Source: Armatimonadota bacterium (lineage in GTDB: Bacteria; Armatimonadota; SYMT01). From it: a DNA stretch of 64,000 nucleotides. Positions 30,699 to 40,828 of the stretch are shown here, piece by piece (position 1 is the first letter of the stretch; each line of letters starts with the position of its first letter). The notes under the pieces were generated by a model. That model did no database searches, was not told the DNA's origin, and saw nothing but the letters and a program-made list of their open reading frames with translations. Position numbers and translations under genes: made by a program. Location of the stretch: contig JAWLHY010000004.1 in assembly GCA_041690135.1 (NCBI GenBank), positions 64,001-128,000 of the forward strand, in the 5' to 3' direction.

Positions 30699-31483
30699 CT
30701 GGTCCTCCGCGGATAGGGAGTAGTCCCTGGACTACATTCTCCCTCCATCAGCCGTGAGCCTCCAACAGTTTTGCCTTCGGCTTCCAAGGCGGATCTCAGC
30801 ATGGCTACGTACTCCTCCAGAACCTGCCGCTGGCAGGGGTGCAAATCCACGCCGGAGCGCTTTTCCCGCACCCGGCGCACCGCTTCATCCGCCGTTGCGG
30901 CGTGCCCGGCGGCCACCAAATACGCCGCCACGAACAGGGCGCTCCGCCCATGCCCCAGGGCGCAGTGCACGTAGACACTCCCTTCCGCCAGGCGCCTCCG
31001 CATGTAATCGACCCCGACGATCAATTGCTCCAGCGAAGGCGCGCGGGTGTCCAGCAAGGGAATGCAGTGGTAGTGAAGCACCCGCTTCCCAGTTCCCGGC
31101 GCGGGAAACTCGCTGGTCAGGTCGAGCACCCCAGAGATCCGCAACCGGCCAAAGAGCTCGGGTTCGAAAGCGGTGGGCTTGCGGCCCAGGTAGAGACCCG
31201 GAACGATTTCGTGGAAACCGGAATCCCGCGCCCAGCGCAGCGCAGCCAGGAAACCACCATTGATGAGCAGGTAAGGCCAGAAGACGGCATAGGCTACGGG
31301 CGCGAACTCTCCCGTCACCCTCTTACCGAACACCCGCGGCCCGAGCCATCCATACGCCAGCCCCACCCCCGTGAAAGCGAGGGCCGTGCAAACGAGGACC
31401 AGGCGCTGCCAAAACGGACCCTCCTTCGCAGCGTAGAGAGCACAGGTCGCTCCAAGAGTGAGAAAAGCCAAAGCGTACTTCAT
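30695..31483 (-). CDS. Membrane-anchored dual-specificity protein phosphatase
   Basis: VYVHCALGHGRS (CX5R), EIVPGLYLG, N-terminal TM helices. Confidence 0.9.
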   Translation of the reverse strand: MKYALAFLTLGATCALYAAKEGPFWQRLVLVCTALAFTGVGLAYGWLGPRVFGKRVTGEFAPVAYAVFWPYLLINGGFLAALRWARDSGFHEIVPGLYLGRKPTAFEPELFGRLRISGVLDLTSEFPAPGTGKRVLHYHCIPLLDTRAPSLEQLIVGVDYMRRRLAEGSVYVHCALGHGRSALFVAAYLVAAGHAATADEAVRRVREKRSGVDLHPCQRQVLEEYVAMLRSALEAEGKTVGGSRLMEGECSPGTTPYPRRTR

Positions 31484-31517
31484 CTGGCGGACACCGCGGC
31501 GGAACCGGCAGAACGTG

Positions 31518-32000
31518 CTATTGTAACGGCGCGCGCCGGCCGCGGGTTACGGTCGCCCAGAGGCCCAATACCAGTCCGATGAGGATGCCGACCGCTCCAC
31601 AGAGCGGTCCGAAAAGGATGGCGAGGATGACGGCGACGTAGAACGGCTGTCCCCCGGCGCCCACCGAAAGGGAACTCCCGAAGGCGATCAGGAGACCGAT
31701 CACGGCGCCGACCAGAATCCCGGCCACCACCCCGGCCGCCCCGCCGACCCACGCACCACGTAAAGCTGGGGAGCCACCCTCGGAAACCTCCCGCAGGGCG
31801 TGACCGACGATGCCGCCGGTGGCGCCGCCGGCCGTGACGGTAATCAGCAGCACCAGGCCGGGGGCGAGACGGAACTCCGGAGCACTGAAGAAGAGGGCAT
31901 GAATCACCAGACCGCAGAGCCAGCCGATCAGCCCACCCGTGATCCCCGCCCGGAACGGTGGGCCCAAATGGGATACGCTCCAGTTTCGCCGCTGCGCCAT
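31518..32000 (-). CDS. Gly-rich membrane hypothetical protein
   Basis: Four hydrophobic segments; AAGG-rich RBS; co-oriented in the operon. Confidence 0.65.
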   Translation of the reverse strand: MAQRRNWSVSHLGPPFRAGITGGLIGWLCGLVIHALFFSAPEFRLAPGLVLLITVTAGGATGGIVGHALREVSEGGSPALRGAWVGGAAGVVAGILVGAVIGLLIAFGSSLSVGAGGQPFYVAVILAILFGPLCGAVGILIGLVLGLWATVTRGRRAPLQ

Positions 32001-32028
32001 CCGGTTACACCCTTCCTTCTACCCCTAT

Positions 32029-33003
32029 TCAGGCCACGAACAGTAACCGGCGAGCGGGTGGCACCCGGCCCGCGCTCGTCCAGTGATCCCCGCAATCGCG
32101 GCTCTCATAGACATTCCCTTCGGCATCGGCCAGGGCGAGGTGCCCGGGATCGCCCGGTTCTACGTCCAGCGCATCGATGTAGGGCTTGAAGTGCGTGGGA
32201 ATCCCCTCGGTGAGCCGTTCCCAACTGCGACCGGCGTCCTCACTCCGGAACACCCCCGCCTCGGAGCCGCTCTTGCGCCGGAACCCACCCGGACCGGTGG
32301 TTGCCGCCACCGTGTAGACCCGCTGCGGCTCGCGCGGGTCTACGGCCAGTGGTCGGCAATAGCCCTGCCCTTCGAACCCATTAACCGCGTGCCAGGTGCG
32401 GCCGTAGGTGTGGCTGATGCCGAAGCCGTGCCGGGTGGCGGCGTAGAGGGCGCTGCCGTTCCGGGGGTTGACGGCCACCGCGTGCACGTCGTCGTGAATA
32501 CCCCCGTGGACGTTCTCCCAGGTCTCGCCGCCGTTCTCCGTGCGGACGATGCCGCCCACCTCGATTGCCAGGTAGACCCGGCGCGGGTCGTGCGGGTCGA
32601 TCGCGATGGAGCGGACGTGGCCGCGCGCATGCCCCCACGGCACGCTCCAGCCCTGTTCACCCGACATCCGCCGGATCACAGCGTCCTCTTCCCACGAGCA
32701 GCCTCCATCCCGGCTGCGCAACAGGGCGGAGGGTTCCATTCCCGCCAGCAGGTGGTCGGGATCCTCGGGATGGACGGCCAGGGCGGAAAGCTCGTCGAAG
32801 CCGCCCGCCACGCCCCGCTCCTTCCACTTCCGACCGCCGTCCGTCGAGCGGTAGACCGATCCGGTGCTGGTCGCCGCGTAACATACCGACGGCTCGCCGG
32901 GTGCGCGGGCGAGCGCCAGGAAATCGACCCCTTCGCGAAAGAGGGTCTCCTTCTCGCCATCGCGAACTACTAACCCCTCGCGGGTGGAGATCAACATCGT
33001 CAT
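32029..33003 (-). CDS. BNR/Asp-box repeat beta-propeller protein
   Basis: RSTDGGRKW, RSRDGGCSW, RTENGGETW, RSEDAGRSW, ESRDCGDHW. Confidence 0.85.
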   Translation of the reverse strand: MTMLISTREGLVVRDGEKETLFREGVDFLALARAPGEPSVCYAATSTGSVYRSTDGGRKWKERGVAGGFDELSALAVHPEDPDHLLAGMEPSALLRSRDGGCSWEEDAVIRRMSGEQGWSVPWGHARGHVRSIAIDPHDPRRVYLAIEVGGIVRTENGGETWENVHGGIHDDVHAVAVNPRNGSALYAATRHGFGISHTYGRTWHAVNGFEGQGYCRPLAVDPREPQRVYTVAATTGPGGFRRKSGSEAGVFRSEDAGRSWERLTEGIPTHFKPYIDALDVEPGDPGHLALADAEGNVYESRDCGDHWTSAGRVPPARRLLFVA

Positions 33004-33148
33004 GTCTCACCAATCCTTTCGCTCCACTCCTACGTTACCCAGGACGCGCGAGGCTATTCCCGCTCGCGCTACGGGTGTGAAGACTTAAGGAGAAGGGAAA
33101 GCGTGGGGAGAGTGCATAGGAGACAAAGAAAACCACGGAAGGAGAGCG

Positions 33149-34498
33149 ATGATGCTGCGACAACCCACAGCGACGCCGGAAGCCCGACGGCTTGGCGAAT
33201 TCATCCATCCTCTAGGCGGGTCGGTGGGAGATTACGATGCCCTGATGGACCTGGTGGGAGACGCCCGTTTCGTGCTGATAGGCGAGGCCTCGCATGGAAC
33301 GCACGAATTCTACCAACAGCGCGCTCTGATCACCCAGCGCCTGATTGAGGAGAAGGGGTTCAACGCGGTCGCGGTGGAGGCCGACTGGCCGGACGCCTAC
33401 CGGGTGAACTGCTACGTGCGGGGCCGGAGCAGCGCCCCCGATGCGGACGCGGCCCTCCGTGGCTTCGAGCGCTTCCCCACCTGGATGTGGCGGAACACGG
33501 TGGTCCGGGACTTCACGGAATGGCTGCGCCGCTACAACGCCGCGCGCGACCCGGGAGATCCCGAGGTGGGATTCTACGGCCTGGACCTCTACAGCATGCA
33601 CACGTCCATCGAGTCGGTGCTCGGCTATCTCGAGAAGGTGGATCCCGAGGCCGCAGCCCGAGCCCGGTATCGTTATAGCTGTTTCGACCACGTGGGCGAG
33701 GACCCGCAGGCTTACGGTTACGCCGCAAGCTTCGGCATGTCTCCTTCCTGCGAGGAGGCCGTTACCCAGCAGTTGGGCGAACTGCGCCGGCGAGCAGAAG
33801 AATACATGCACCGAGACGGCCGGGTGGCCGAGGACGATTTTTTCTATGCGGAACAGAACGCCCGGCTGGTCAAGAACGCCGAGCGCTACTACCGCTCGAT
33901 GTTCCGCGGCCGGGTCTCCTCCTGGAACCTGCGCGACCAGCACATGGCGGAAACCCTGGATGCGCTCGTCGCCCACCTGGAGCGACACGGCGGGATGGCT
34001 CGCGTTGTAGTGTGGGCGCACAACTCGCACCTGGGAGACGCCCGCGCCACGGAAATGGGCGACGGCGGCGAGTTGAACATCGGCCAGCTCGTGCGGGAGA
34101 AATACGGCCGGGAGTCGGTGCTGGTCGGCTTCAGTACCTACACCGGCACGGTCACCGCCGCTTCCGACTGGGGCGCCCCGGCGGAGCGGAAACGGGTCCG
34201 GCCCGGCCTATCCGGCAGCTTCGAGGAACTGTTCCACCAGCAGGACATGCCGGATTTCCTGCTGCCGCTGCGTGATTCCCCGGCAGCCGGACTGCTGCGC
34301 CAGACCCGCCTCCAGCGCGCCATCGGGGTGATCTACCTTCCCCAAACGGAGCGCCAGAGCCACTACTTCCACGCGCGGCTCCCGAACCAGTTCGACGCCA
34401 TGATCCACTTCGACGAGACCCGCGCCGTGGAGCCGCTGGACCGGACCCAGCACTGGGACGAGGGAGAACTGCCGGAAACCTATCCGTTTGGAGTGTAA
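33149..34498 (+). CDS. Erythromycin esterase-family protein
   Basis: [47 protein letters not shown]. Confidence 0.93.
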   Translation: MMLRQPTATPEARRLGEFIHPLGGSVGDYDALMDLVGDARFVLIGEASHGTHEFYQQRALITQRLIEEKGFNAVAVEADWPDAYRVNCYVRGRSSAPDADAALRGFERFPTWMWRNTVVRDFTEWLRRYNAARDPGDPEVGFYGLDLYSMHTSIESVLGYLEKVDPEAAARARYRYSCFDHVGEDPQAYGYAASFGMSPSCEEAVTQQLGELRRRAEEYMHRDGRVAEDDFFYAEQNARLVKNAERYYRSMFRGRVSSWNLRDQHMAETLDALVAHLERHGGMARVVVWAHNSHLGDARATEMGDGGELNIGQLVREKYGRESVLVGFSTYTGTVTAASDWGAPAERKRVRPGLSGSFEELFHQQDMPDFLLPLRDSPAAGLLRQTRLQRAIGVIYLPQTERQSHYFHARLPNQFDAMIHFDETRAVEPLDRTQHWDEGELPETYPFGV

Positions 34499-34567
34499 TG
34501 CGTGAGGCGTAAGGGCACGTGCGGGGGGTAGGATTTGGTTTCAGGGGGGATGCACCTCGGGCAGTTG

Positions 34568-34682
34568 CGTGAAACGTGAAGCGTGAAACGTGAGGTCTGG
34601 GGCAGAACGGGATACCGTGTCAAAAGGGTTCAGAGTGGGCCTCGGGATGGCGCTCTTGCCTGGATGGGCGTGAAACGTGAAA
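34568..34682. repeat. Heptamer repeats CGTGAAR (x4 at 34568-34595, x2 at 34669-34682)
   Basis: cgtgaaa cgtgaag cgtgaaa cgtgagg, read directly. Confidence 0.7.
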
Positions 34683-34810
34683 TGGGAAGCACGAGATAGG
34701 CGTTGTGCTTCGGCAAGGTGCTCATCCGATTCGGAGAAGTTAGTGCGGATCTATCGCTTCTCCGTACGGCCCGTACGGGCGCAATGACGATCTTGGGCAG
34801 GGCCCGAAAA

Positions 34811-34965
34811 CCTGAATGCCCGATCGCCTGAATGCCGAAGGCCTGAACACCCGAACATTTACCCCCCACAGAGGGGCCCGAACATTTACCCCCCACAGGG
34901 GGGCCCGAACATTTACCCCCCCACAGGGGGGCCCGAACACCCGGCGGACGGGACGTCCGCGCTCC
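34811..34965. repeat. Composite intergenic repeat, copy 2, with three tandem 27-28-bp units and a REP-like hairpin
   Basis: cccgaacatttacccccc(c)acagRgggg at 34850, 34877 and 34904, then ccggcggacgggacgtccgcgctcc (34941-34965). Confidence 0.9.
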
Positions 34966-35981
34966 TAAACCACTCTCCCACTCTCTGCCGCCTCATAGGC
35001 GCTGAAGACCAGCTCCAGAGTCCGCAGGTTGTCCTCGCCGGAGGTTTCGGGGGTGGCGCCGGACCGGAGGCAGTCGATCCAGTGCTGCTGGATGGCGACT
35101 ACGCTCTCCTGGATAGCGTGGAACGGCGGGGTGGCCCACGCATACCGGTGCGGCTCGACGTGGGGGCGGATGATCCGGCCCTGGCGGTTGAGGGTAAGGC
35201 GGTAGTCGAGATCCAGGCTTGCCGACCCGGCGGTGCCTTCCAGCAGGACCCGGGTCCGCGGGAACGGCTCTTGCTCGGGGTGGGAGGCATAGCTGAGCTC
35301 CACCACGCAGGCGGCGCCGCTCCGCATCCGCAGCAGCAAGGTAGCCACGTCCTCCCCGCGAATGCCCGGCCGCACACGGGAGGTCACGCAGGAGAGCTGG
35401 TCCACCTCGCCTAGGAAGTAGCGGGCGAGGTCCAGCAGGTGGACCCCCAGGTCGGTGAGTATGAACCGCGGCTCTTCCGCCAGGTAGGGCTGGTCACGAT
35501 ACACGTCGTAGCCGCTGCGCCAGGTGATGCGGCCGAAGAACAGCTCCCCCAGTTCCTCCGCGGCGGCCTTCAATTCCCGCATCGGCCGCTGCCAGCGGAA
35601 GTTCTCGTGGACCATCAACGGCACACGGGCCTCGCGGCAGGCGCCCACCATCGCTCGCGCGTCATCCAGCGACAGGGCCAGCGGCTTCTGACAGATGACC
35701 GGAACCCCGTGACGGGCCGCCAGCTCCACCAGGGGACGATGGCCGGCCGGTTGCGTGACGATGTCGAAGAAGTCGAGGGAGCCCAGCTGGAGCATGGTCT
35801 CCGCGTCCGCGTAGACTTCGGGAATGTCGAACTCCGCGGCGGTGGCCTCCGCCCGCTCGAGGTCCACGTCGCAGACCGCGGTGATCGCACCGCCCTTCAC
35901 CTCCCGCCAGGCATGCAGGTGGTTGCGTGCGAAGAATCCGCAGCCGATCAACCCGCCCCTCAGTATGGACGCATCTGCCAT
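34965..35981 (-). CDS. apsD: D-apiose dehydrogenase-like Gfo/Idh/MocA oxidoreductase
   Basis: LIGCGFFA.N..HAW, CQKP, VHENFRWQ, QPYLAE..RFI..DLG.H, GEDVAT, EPFP.T, IQESV.AIQQHW, TSG.DNL.T match rhizobial ApsD as I recall it; adjacent to an apnL-like gene. Confidence 0.8.
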   Translation of the reverse strand: MADASILRGGLIGCGFFARNHLHAWREVKGGAITAVCDVDLERAEATAAEFDIPEVYADAETMLQLGSLDFFDIVTQPAGHRPLVELAARHGVPVICQKPLALSLDDARAMVGACREARVPLMVHENFRWQRPMRELKAAAEELGELFFGRITWRSGYDVYRDQPYLAEEPRFILTDLGVHLLDLARYFLGEVDQLSCVTSRVRPGIRGEDVATLLLRMRSGAACVVELSYASHPEQEPFPRTRVLLEGTAGSASLDLDYRLTLNRQGRIIRPHVEPHRYAWATPPFHAIQESVVAIQQHWIDCLRSGATPETSGEDNLRTLELVFSAYEAAESGRVV

Positions 35982-35985
35982 CGGT

Positions 35986-37986
35986 TCACTCCCGATCGAT
36001 CCGGACCACCGCGTGGGGCCGCAGCTCCAGATGAAGGCTTCCGTCCGTGAATCGCCACTCCCAGGCGCCAACCGGCTCCGCATCCTGGGGAACGCGGAAC
36101 GCTTCGGGGTCCCGCGCGGCCAATTCGCTGGTTGTTTCGTCCAGCGTACGCACCCGCACCTTCCCGGCCGGGAAATCGAGGCTCACCAAGCGAGGCGCGC
36201 CGGTCAGGTTGGCCACCAGCACCCGCAGCCGTTCCCCGTCCCCGGACCGGAGATAGACCCCCTCGACTTCCAGGGGTCGACTGCTGCGACACGCCAGCAA
36301 ACTTCCACCCCGGCACTCCTGGAAGTCCCGCAAGACATGATAGAGCGGGAACACGGTTCCCGGCACGCTGGGGAACGGGGCGGGCGATCCGTCATCCGAT
36401 TCCATCACGCCCCGCCAGCCGGTGGTCTCGTAGTAGGTGATGCCGGCCGCGCCGCTCTGCGTGACGTACTTCAGGCTCCCCAGCGTCCAACCTGCCGCGA
36501 ACAGCGACGGCTGCCGGGGATCGACCGCCCACGGCAGCGCGCCGGGATGGGGCGGGGCTTCGGGTCCCGTGGCCACGGCGTTGAAGCGCGGCCGGAGGGT
36601 AACCGGCGAGACGTACACCTCGCGAGCGGGGAACCGGGCCTGCGCACTCCGGACGGCGACCTCCTGCATCGGCAGAGTTTCGACGAGGGAGGCATCATCG
36701 AACGCGTGCACCTGTGGGTTGACGGCAAAGCTCACGAAATCGAGATCCGCAGCGGCCAGGGAGCTCCGGTTCAGTTCGGCGAAATTCGTGTTAGAGCCGC
36801 CGCCGACCACCGGTTCCGGCTGATACGCCGTAAGCACTTCTCGTGCCCACGCCAGCCCTTCCGCATCGGAGACCAGCCGCCCGCCGCGGAAGACGAGCCA
36901 CCGCGCCACCTCGGGCCGAAGCCGCTCCAACTCCGCCACCAGCAGCCCGCGTACAGTCTCCGGGTCCTCCGGCAGGAACCACGCGAGTTCCAATGGCACC
37001 CCGAGTAGCCGGGACTGTTCCGCGGCCAGCTCCAGCGCGACCGGAAAATCCGGGGCGTCCGGCCGCACGTCGGCGCGGAGATGGGAGAGGCGGAGGGCCC
37101 GGAGCAGCTCCACCTCGCGTGGGGAAAGCGGACGACCGTGACCGGCCACCTGCAGGCCAACATCCGGTAGAGGATAGGAACGATCCGGGTCAAGGCGCAG
37201 GCGCACCGGTTCGTCGCCGCTACCTGTACCGGAACCCAGGAGCGGCGGCATCGACGGACGTTCACAGTTCGGCGAGTGCAGGCGCAGGCGGACGGACTGC
37301 CGTACGCGTGTACCCGCCGCGATCTCTACCGGGAACGGCTGGTCCAGTGGAGTGCAGTACGTCTTGAAGGAGGCGTCGGTCCAATTGCGCTGGTCCTCCA
37401 TCTCAAAGGCCTCGTCCTCCATCCGGACCTCGAACCGCCACTTTCCCCAGTCCGCTCCCGCATTGGGGCCCACCGGCTCCGTGAGGACACGGATCTCTCG
37501 GAACGGCTGGTGGGGAGAGATCTGCTCCGGAAAAACTCCCGTTTCCACAGTGCCGTCCACATGCTCCACCCGTACTTCCTGCCCCGCGCAGGTCTCCGCG
37601 GGGTGCAGGACACAAAAGCCTATACGGTTCTTGAGGAACGTGGATCGGGCGACCCCGTCGAGCGAGTAGGTCAGCGTTCCATCCGCCTCACCGGCCAGCG
37701 CCCCACTCCAGGTGAACCAGACCGGATCCCGCCGGCACTCCACCTCAAAGGTGACCTGAAACGATCGCTCCGCGACGGCAACCTTCAGATCCCGGACCTC
37801 GGGCTCGATCGTGTCCCAATTCTCGTTGCGCACGGCGGCGTACACGCCCCGCAGCAGTTCCCGCTCCCCCAGGCGCACGTACCGCAGGAAGCCGGTATCC
37901 GCTTCCAGGACCATGGTCAGGGGGCCGGCACGTAATTCCATCGGTTTGCCCATGTGAGGTTGCGAGTGTGACGGGTCGGTAGACAT
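35986..37986 (-). CDS. apnL: D-apionate lactonase-like protein
   Basis: LRAGPL..LRYVR..ELLR..AVR..NWDT, NRIGFCVLHP, FEMEDQRNWTDASFKTY, FAELNR, VHAFDD, DPRQ. Start 37986 or GTG 37995. Confidence 0.75.
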   Translation of the reverse strand: MSTDPSHSQPHMGKPMELRAGPLTMVLEADTGFLRYVRLGERELLRGVYAAVRNENWDTIEPEVRDLKVAVAERSFQVTFEVECRRDPVWFTWSGALAGEADGTLTYSLDGVARSTFLKNRIGFCVLHPAETCAGQEVRVEHVDGTVETGVFPEQISPHQPFREIRVLTEPVGPNAGADWGKWRFEVRMEDEAFEMEDQRNWTDASFKTYCTPLDQPFPVEIAAGTRVRQSVRLRLHSPNCERPSMPPLLGSGTGSGDEPVRLRLDPDRSYPLPDVGLQVAGHGRPLSPREVELLRALRLSHLRADVRPDAPDFPVALELAAEQSRLLGVPLELAWFLPEDPETVRGLLVAELERLRPEVARWLVFRGGRLVSDAEGLAWAREVLTAYQPEPVVGGGSNTNFAELNRSSLAAADLDFVSFAVNPQVHAFDDASLVETLPMQEVAVRSAQARFPAREVYVSPVTLRPRFNAVATGPEAPPHPGALPWAVDPRQPSLFAAGWTLGSLKYVTQSGAAGITYYETTGWRGVMESDDGSPAPFPSVPGTVFPLYHVLRDFQECRGGSLLACRSSRPLEVEGVYLRSGDGERLRVLVANLTGAPRLVSLDFPAGKVRVRTLDETTSELAARDPEAFRVPQDAEPVGAWEWRFTDGSLHLELRPHAVVRIDRE

Positions 37987-38153
37987 GACTCGCACTGTGC
38001 TCCTCATTGCCGACCCAGTTGCGTTAACTTTGGCGAGGCCGGTGACCAAAGTGACCTCACCCCGCCACCCTGAGGGTGCCCCCTGCCCAAAGGGCACCCG
38101 TCCCACGCAGCGGTAGAGGGGAGTCCCGTCCCCTCTACAGGCGTAAGTTTCAC

Positions 38154-38202
38154 AAAAGCAGAATGGGAGAACGGGGACCTCGCAGCCCCTGTTCTCCCAT
38201 TC
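38154..38202 (-). terminator. Intrinsic terminator after gnd
   Basis: Long stem gaatgggagaac.gggg / cccc.gttctcccattc followed on the minus strand by TGCTTTT. Confidence 0.7.
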
Positions 38203-38239
38203 GCCGTTTCTCTCCGCGTGAGCGGCCCGCGCTATGGCG

Positions 38240-39646
38240 TTAGATCCACTCGGTGTGGAAGACGCCCTCGCGGTCCGTCCGCTGGTAGGTGTGGGCGCCG
38301 AAGTAGTCGCGCTGGGCCTGGATCAGGTTCGCGGGCAGGCGGGCCGTGCGGTACATGTCGAAGTAGCCGAGCGCGCTGGAGAAGGCCAGCACCGGGATGC
38401 CGGACTGGACCGCCAGCGCCACCACCTCGCGCCAGGCGCCCTGGCACTCGTCCACATGCTGGCGGAACTCGTCGTCCACCAGCAGGTTCGGGAGGGCCGG
38501 GTTGCGGCGGTAGGCATGGCTGATTTGATCGAGCAGCCGCGCGCGGATGATGCAGCCGCCCTTCCAGATGCGAGCGATCTCGGCCAGGTCGAGGTCGTAG
38601 TTGTACTCTTCGCCGGCCTGGCGGATCAGCGCCATGCCCTGGGCGTAGGAGCAGATCTTTGCCGCGTAAAGGGCATCGCGGACGAGGCCGATCAGCCGCT
38701 TCCGGTCGATCTCCACGCCACCGAGCTTAGGACCGGAGAGGACCTGGCTTGCCGCCACGCGCTCGCTCTTGAACGAGGAGAGGATGCGCGCCTCGACGGC
38801 GGCGTTGATGGTGGGGATCGCCGCGCCCAGGTCGAAGGCGTTCTGGCTGGTCCACTTGCCGGTGCCCTTCTGGCCCGCGGTGTCGAGGATCAGCTCCACC
38901 AGCGGCTTGCCGGTTTCGGGGTCGGTCTTGCGGAAGATATCGCGGGTGATCTCGATGAGGTAGCTCTGCAGCGCGCCCGCGTTCCATTCCTCGAACACGT
39001 CGCCGAGCTCCTGGGCGGAGAGACCGCCCACGCGGCTGAGGATGTCGTAAGCCTCGCCGATGAGCTGCATATCCGCATACTCGATGCCGTTGTGGACCAT
39101 CTTCACGTAATGGCCCGCACCTCCCGGTCCGATGTAGGAGACACACGGACCGTCGTCCACCTGGGCGGCGATCTTCGTGAGCACCGGCGCCAGGGCTTCC
39201 CACGACTCGCGGGTACCGCCCGGCATGATGCTGGGACCGTGCCTCGCCCCTTCTTCCCCTCCGGAAACGCCCATCCCCACGTACTGCAGGCCGGCTTCCG
39301 CGAACTCCTTGCTGCGCCGCTCGGTGTCCAGGAACCAGGAGTTGCCTGCGTCGATGAAGATGTCGCCGGGCTCCAGCAGCGGCTTGAGGAGGGCCATCTG
39401 CTCATCGACGGCCGGCCCCGCCTTCACCATCACGATGATGCGCCGCGGCCGCTCCAGCGAGCGGACGAACTCCTCGATGCTGTGGGTGCCGACCAGTTTC
39501 TTGCCGGGGTTGCGCTCCAGGAACGCGTCCACCTTCGAGACGGTGCGGTTAAAGACGGCGATCGGGAACCCCTTCTCCTCAATGTTGAGGGCCAGGTTCT
39601 CTCCCATCACCGCCAGTCCGATCAAACCAATATGCGCCTGGCTCAT
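38240..39646 (-). CDS. gnd: 6-phosphogluconate dehydrogenase, decarboxylating (NADP)
   Basis: IGLAVMGENLALN, GVSGGEEGA, VKMVHNGIEY, QKGTGKW, QAQRDYFGAHTY. Confidence 0.97.
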   Translation of the reverse strand: MSQAHIGLIGLAVMGENLALNIEEKGFPIAVFNRTVSKVDAFLERNPGKKLVGTHSIEEFVRSLERPRRIIVMVKAGPAVDEQMALLKPLLEPGDIFIDAGNSWFLDTERRSKEFAEAGLQYVGMGVSGGEEGARHGPSIMPGGTRESWEALAPVLTKIAAQVDDGPCVSYIGPGGAGHYVKMVHNGIEYADMQLIGEAYDILSRVGGLSAQELGDVFEEWNAGALQSYLIEITRDIFRKTDPETGKPLVELILDTAGQKGTGKWTSQNAFDLGAAIPTINAAVEARILSSFKSERVAASQVLSGPKLGGVEIDRKRLIGLVRDALYAAKICSYAQGMALIRQAGEEYNYDLDLAEIARIWKGGCIIRARLLDQISHAYRRNPALPNLLVDDEFRQHVDECQGAWREVVALAVQSGIPVLAFSSALGYFDMYRTARLPANLIQAQRDYFGAHTYQRTDREGVFHTEWI

Positions 39647-39706
39647 GCGCGCGAATCCTTCCTCCATGGGGCCGCGGAATCGTCGCGGCCAACGACAGCA
39701 CCCAAA

Positions 39707-40828
39707 TCATAGCACAGAGGCCAGAGCCGAAAGGAAACGCTCCACATCTTCCGGGGTGTTGTAGGCGTGGAGGGCGATCCGCACGCGTCCCGCGCTGTGC
39801 ATCACGTGGATCTTCTGCTCGGCCAGCGCGGCGTGGATCTCCGCCATGCGCGAGTGCCGGAAAGCCAGGATTCCCGCCAGTGACTCGTCCGCCGTGGGGG
39901 TCAGCACTTCCACCGGGAGCTTTCGCAGCCCTTCCAGACAGGCATGGACCAGCGGCCGGGCGGTCCGATCGATCGCCTCGACGCCCACGCCGCGGATGTA
40001 CTCCAGGGCCGCGCGGATTCCGTAGATCGCCGGGAAGTTCGGCATTCCCACCATATAGCTGGCGGCCCCCGGCTTACTGACGGCTACCTGGTCCGCGCCT
40101 GGCCCGAAGGGGTCTTCCAGGTTGAACCACCCGCCCGCCGGCGACCGGAGCTCATCCGCCCGCGCCGACGGGATGCCGACCAGCCCCCCGCCGTGCGGCC
40201 CGCAGATCCACTTGTGCGTGCTGCTGACGATCAGGTCCACGCCCGCCAGGGACAGCGGGATCCGCCCCAGCGCCTGCGTGACGTCCACGGCCAGGAGCGC
40301 ACCCGAATGGCGGCGGACCGTCTCCAGCACCGCGGGCAGGTCGATGGTGTAGCCGTTGAAGTAGCTGACCAACGACACCGTCACCAGCCGGGTGCGAGGC
40401 GTCAGGAGCGGGGCCAGATCCTCGGCCCGGAGCGCCCCCTCCCGCGCGGACCACATCCGGGTCTCCGCCGGGCAGCTCGCCTGCAGGAACGGGGTCCGAC
40501 CCGCGGGGAAGTCCAGGTCGTTGATCACCACTTCGTCGCCGGGCTGCAGCCGGAGCGCGAGAGCTGCGAGATTGTACGCCTCGGAGCTGCAAGAGCAGAT
40601 GCCGATCTCGTCCGGCGTCAGCCCGTAGAACTCCGCGGTCAGCTCCCGCAGGGCGGTCCACTGCGCCATGTGCTGCTCCCGGCCCGGGGAGCCCAACTGC
40701 TTGTGGCGGAAATACTCCGCCAGGGCCTCGCCTACCGCCAGCGGGGAGATCCCCTCGGCCGCCGTGTTCAAATAAGTCATGCCGGCCAGTGTCGGAAACT
40801 GGCCGCTGCGTTCTACCGGATCGATCAT
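39707..40828 (-). CDS. Class V PLP-dependent aminotransferase-fold enzyme
   Basis: YLNTAA, VDVTQALG, SSTHKW; ATGA-coupled to the M20 gene; no desulfurase Cys loop. Confidence 0.88.
   Translation of the reverse strand: MIDPVERSGQFPTLAGMTYLNTAAEGISPLAVGEALAEYFRHKQLGSPGREQHMAQWTALRELTAEFYGLTPDEIGICSCSSEAYNLAALALRLQPGDEVVINDLDFPAGRTPFLQASCPAETRMWSAREGALRAEDLAPLLTPRTRLVTVSLVSYFNGYTIDLPAVLETVRRHSGALLAVDVTQALGRIPLSLAGVDLIVSSTHKWICGPHGGGLVGIPSARADELRSPAGGWFNLEDPFGPGADQVAVSKPGAASYMVGMPNFPAIYGIRAALEYIRGVGVEAIDRTARPLVHACLEGLRKLPVEVLTPTADESLAGILAFRHSRMAEIHAALAEQKIHVMHSAGRVRIALHAYNTPEDVERFLSALASVL

Noticed and set aside
33149-34498. Macrolide resistance gene (ereA/ereB)
   Set aside because: Belongs to the broad chromosomal esterase family with no mobile context; resistance cannot be inferred.
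34850-34939. 27-28-bp direct repeats as a mini CRISPR array
   Set aside because: Units are head-to-tail with no unique spacers, and there are no cas genes in the window.
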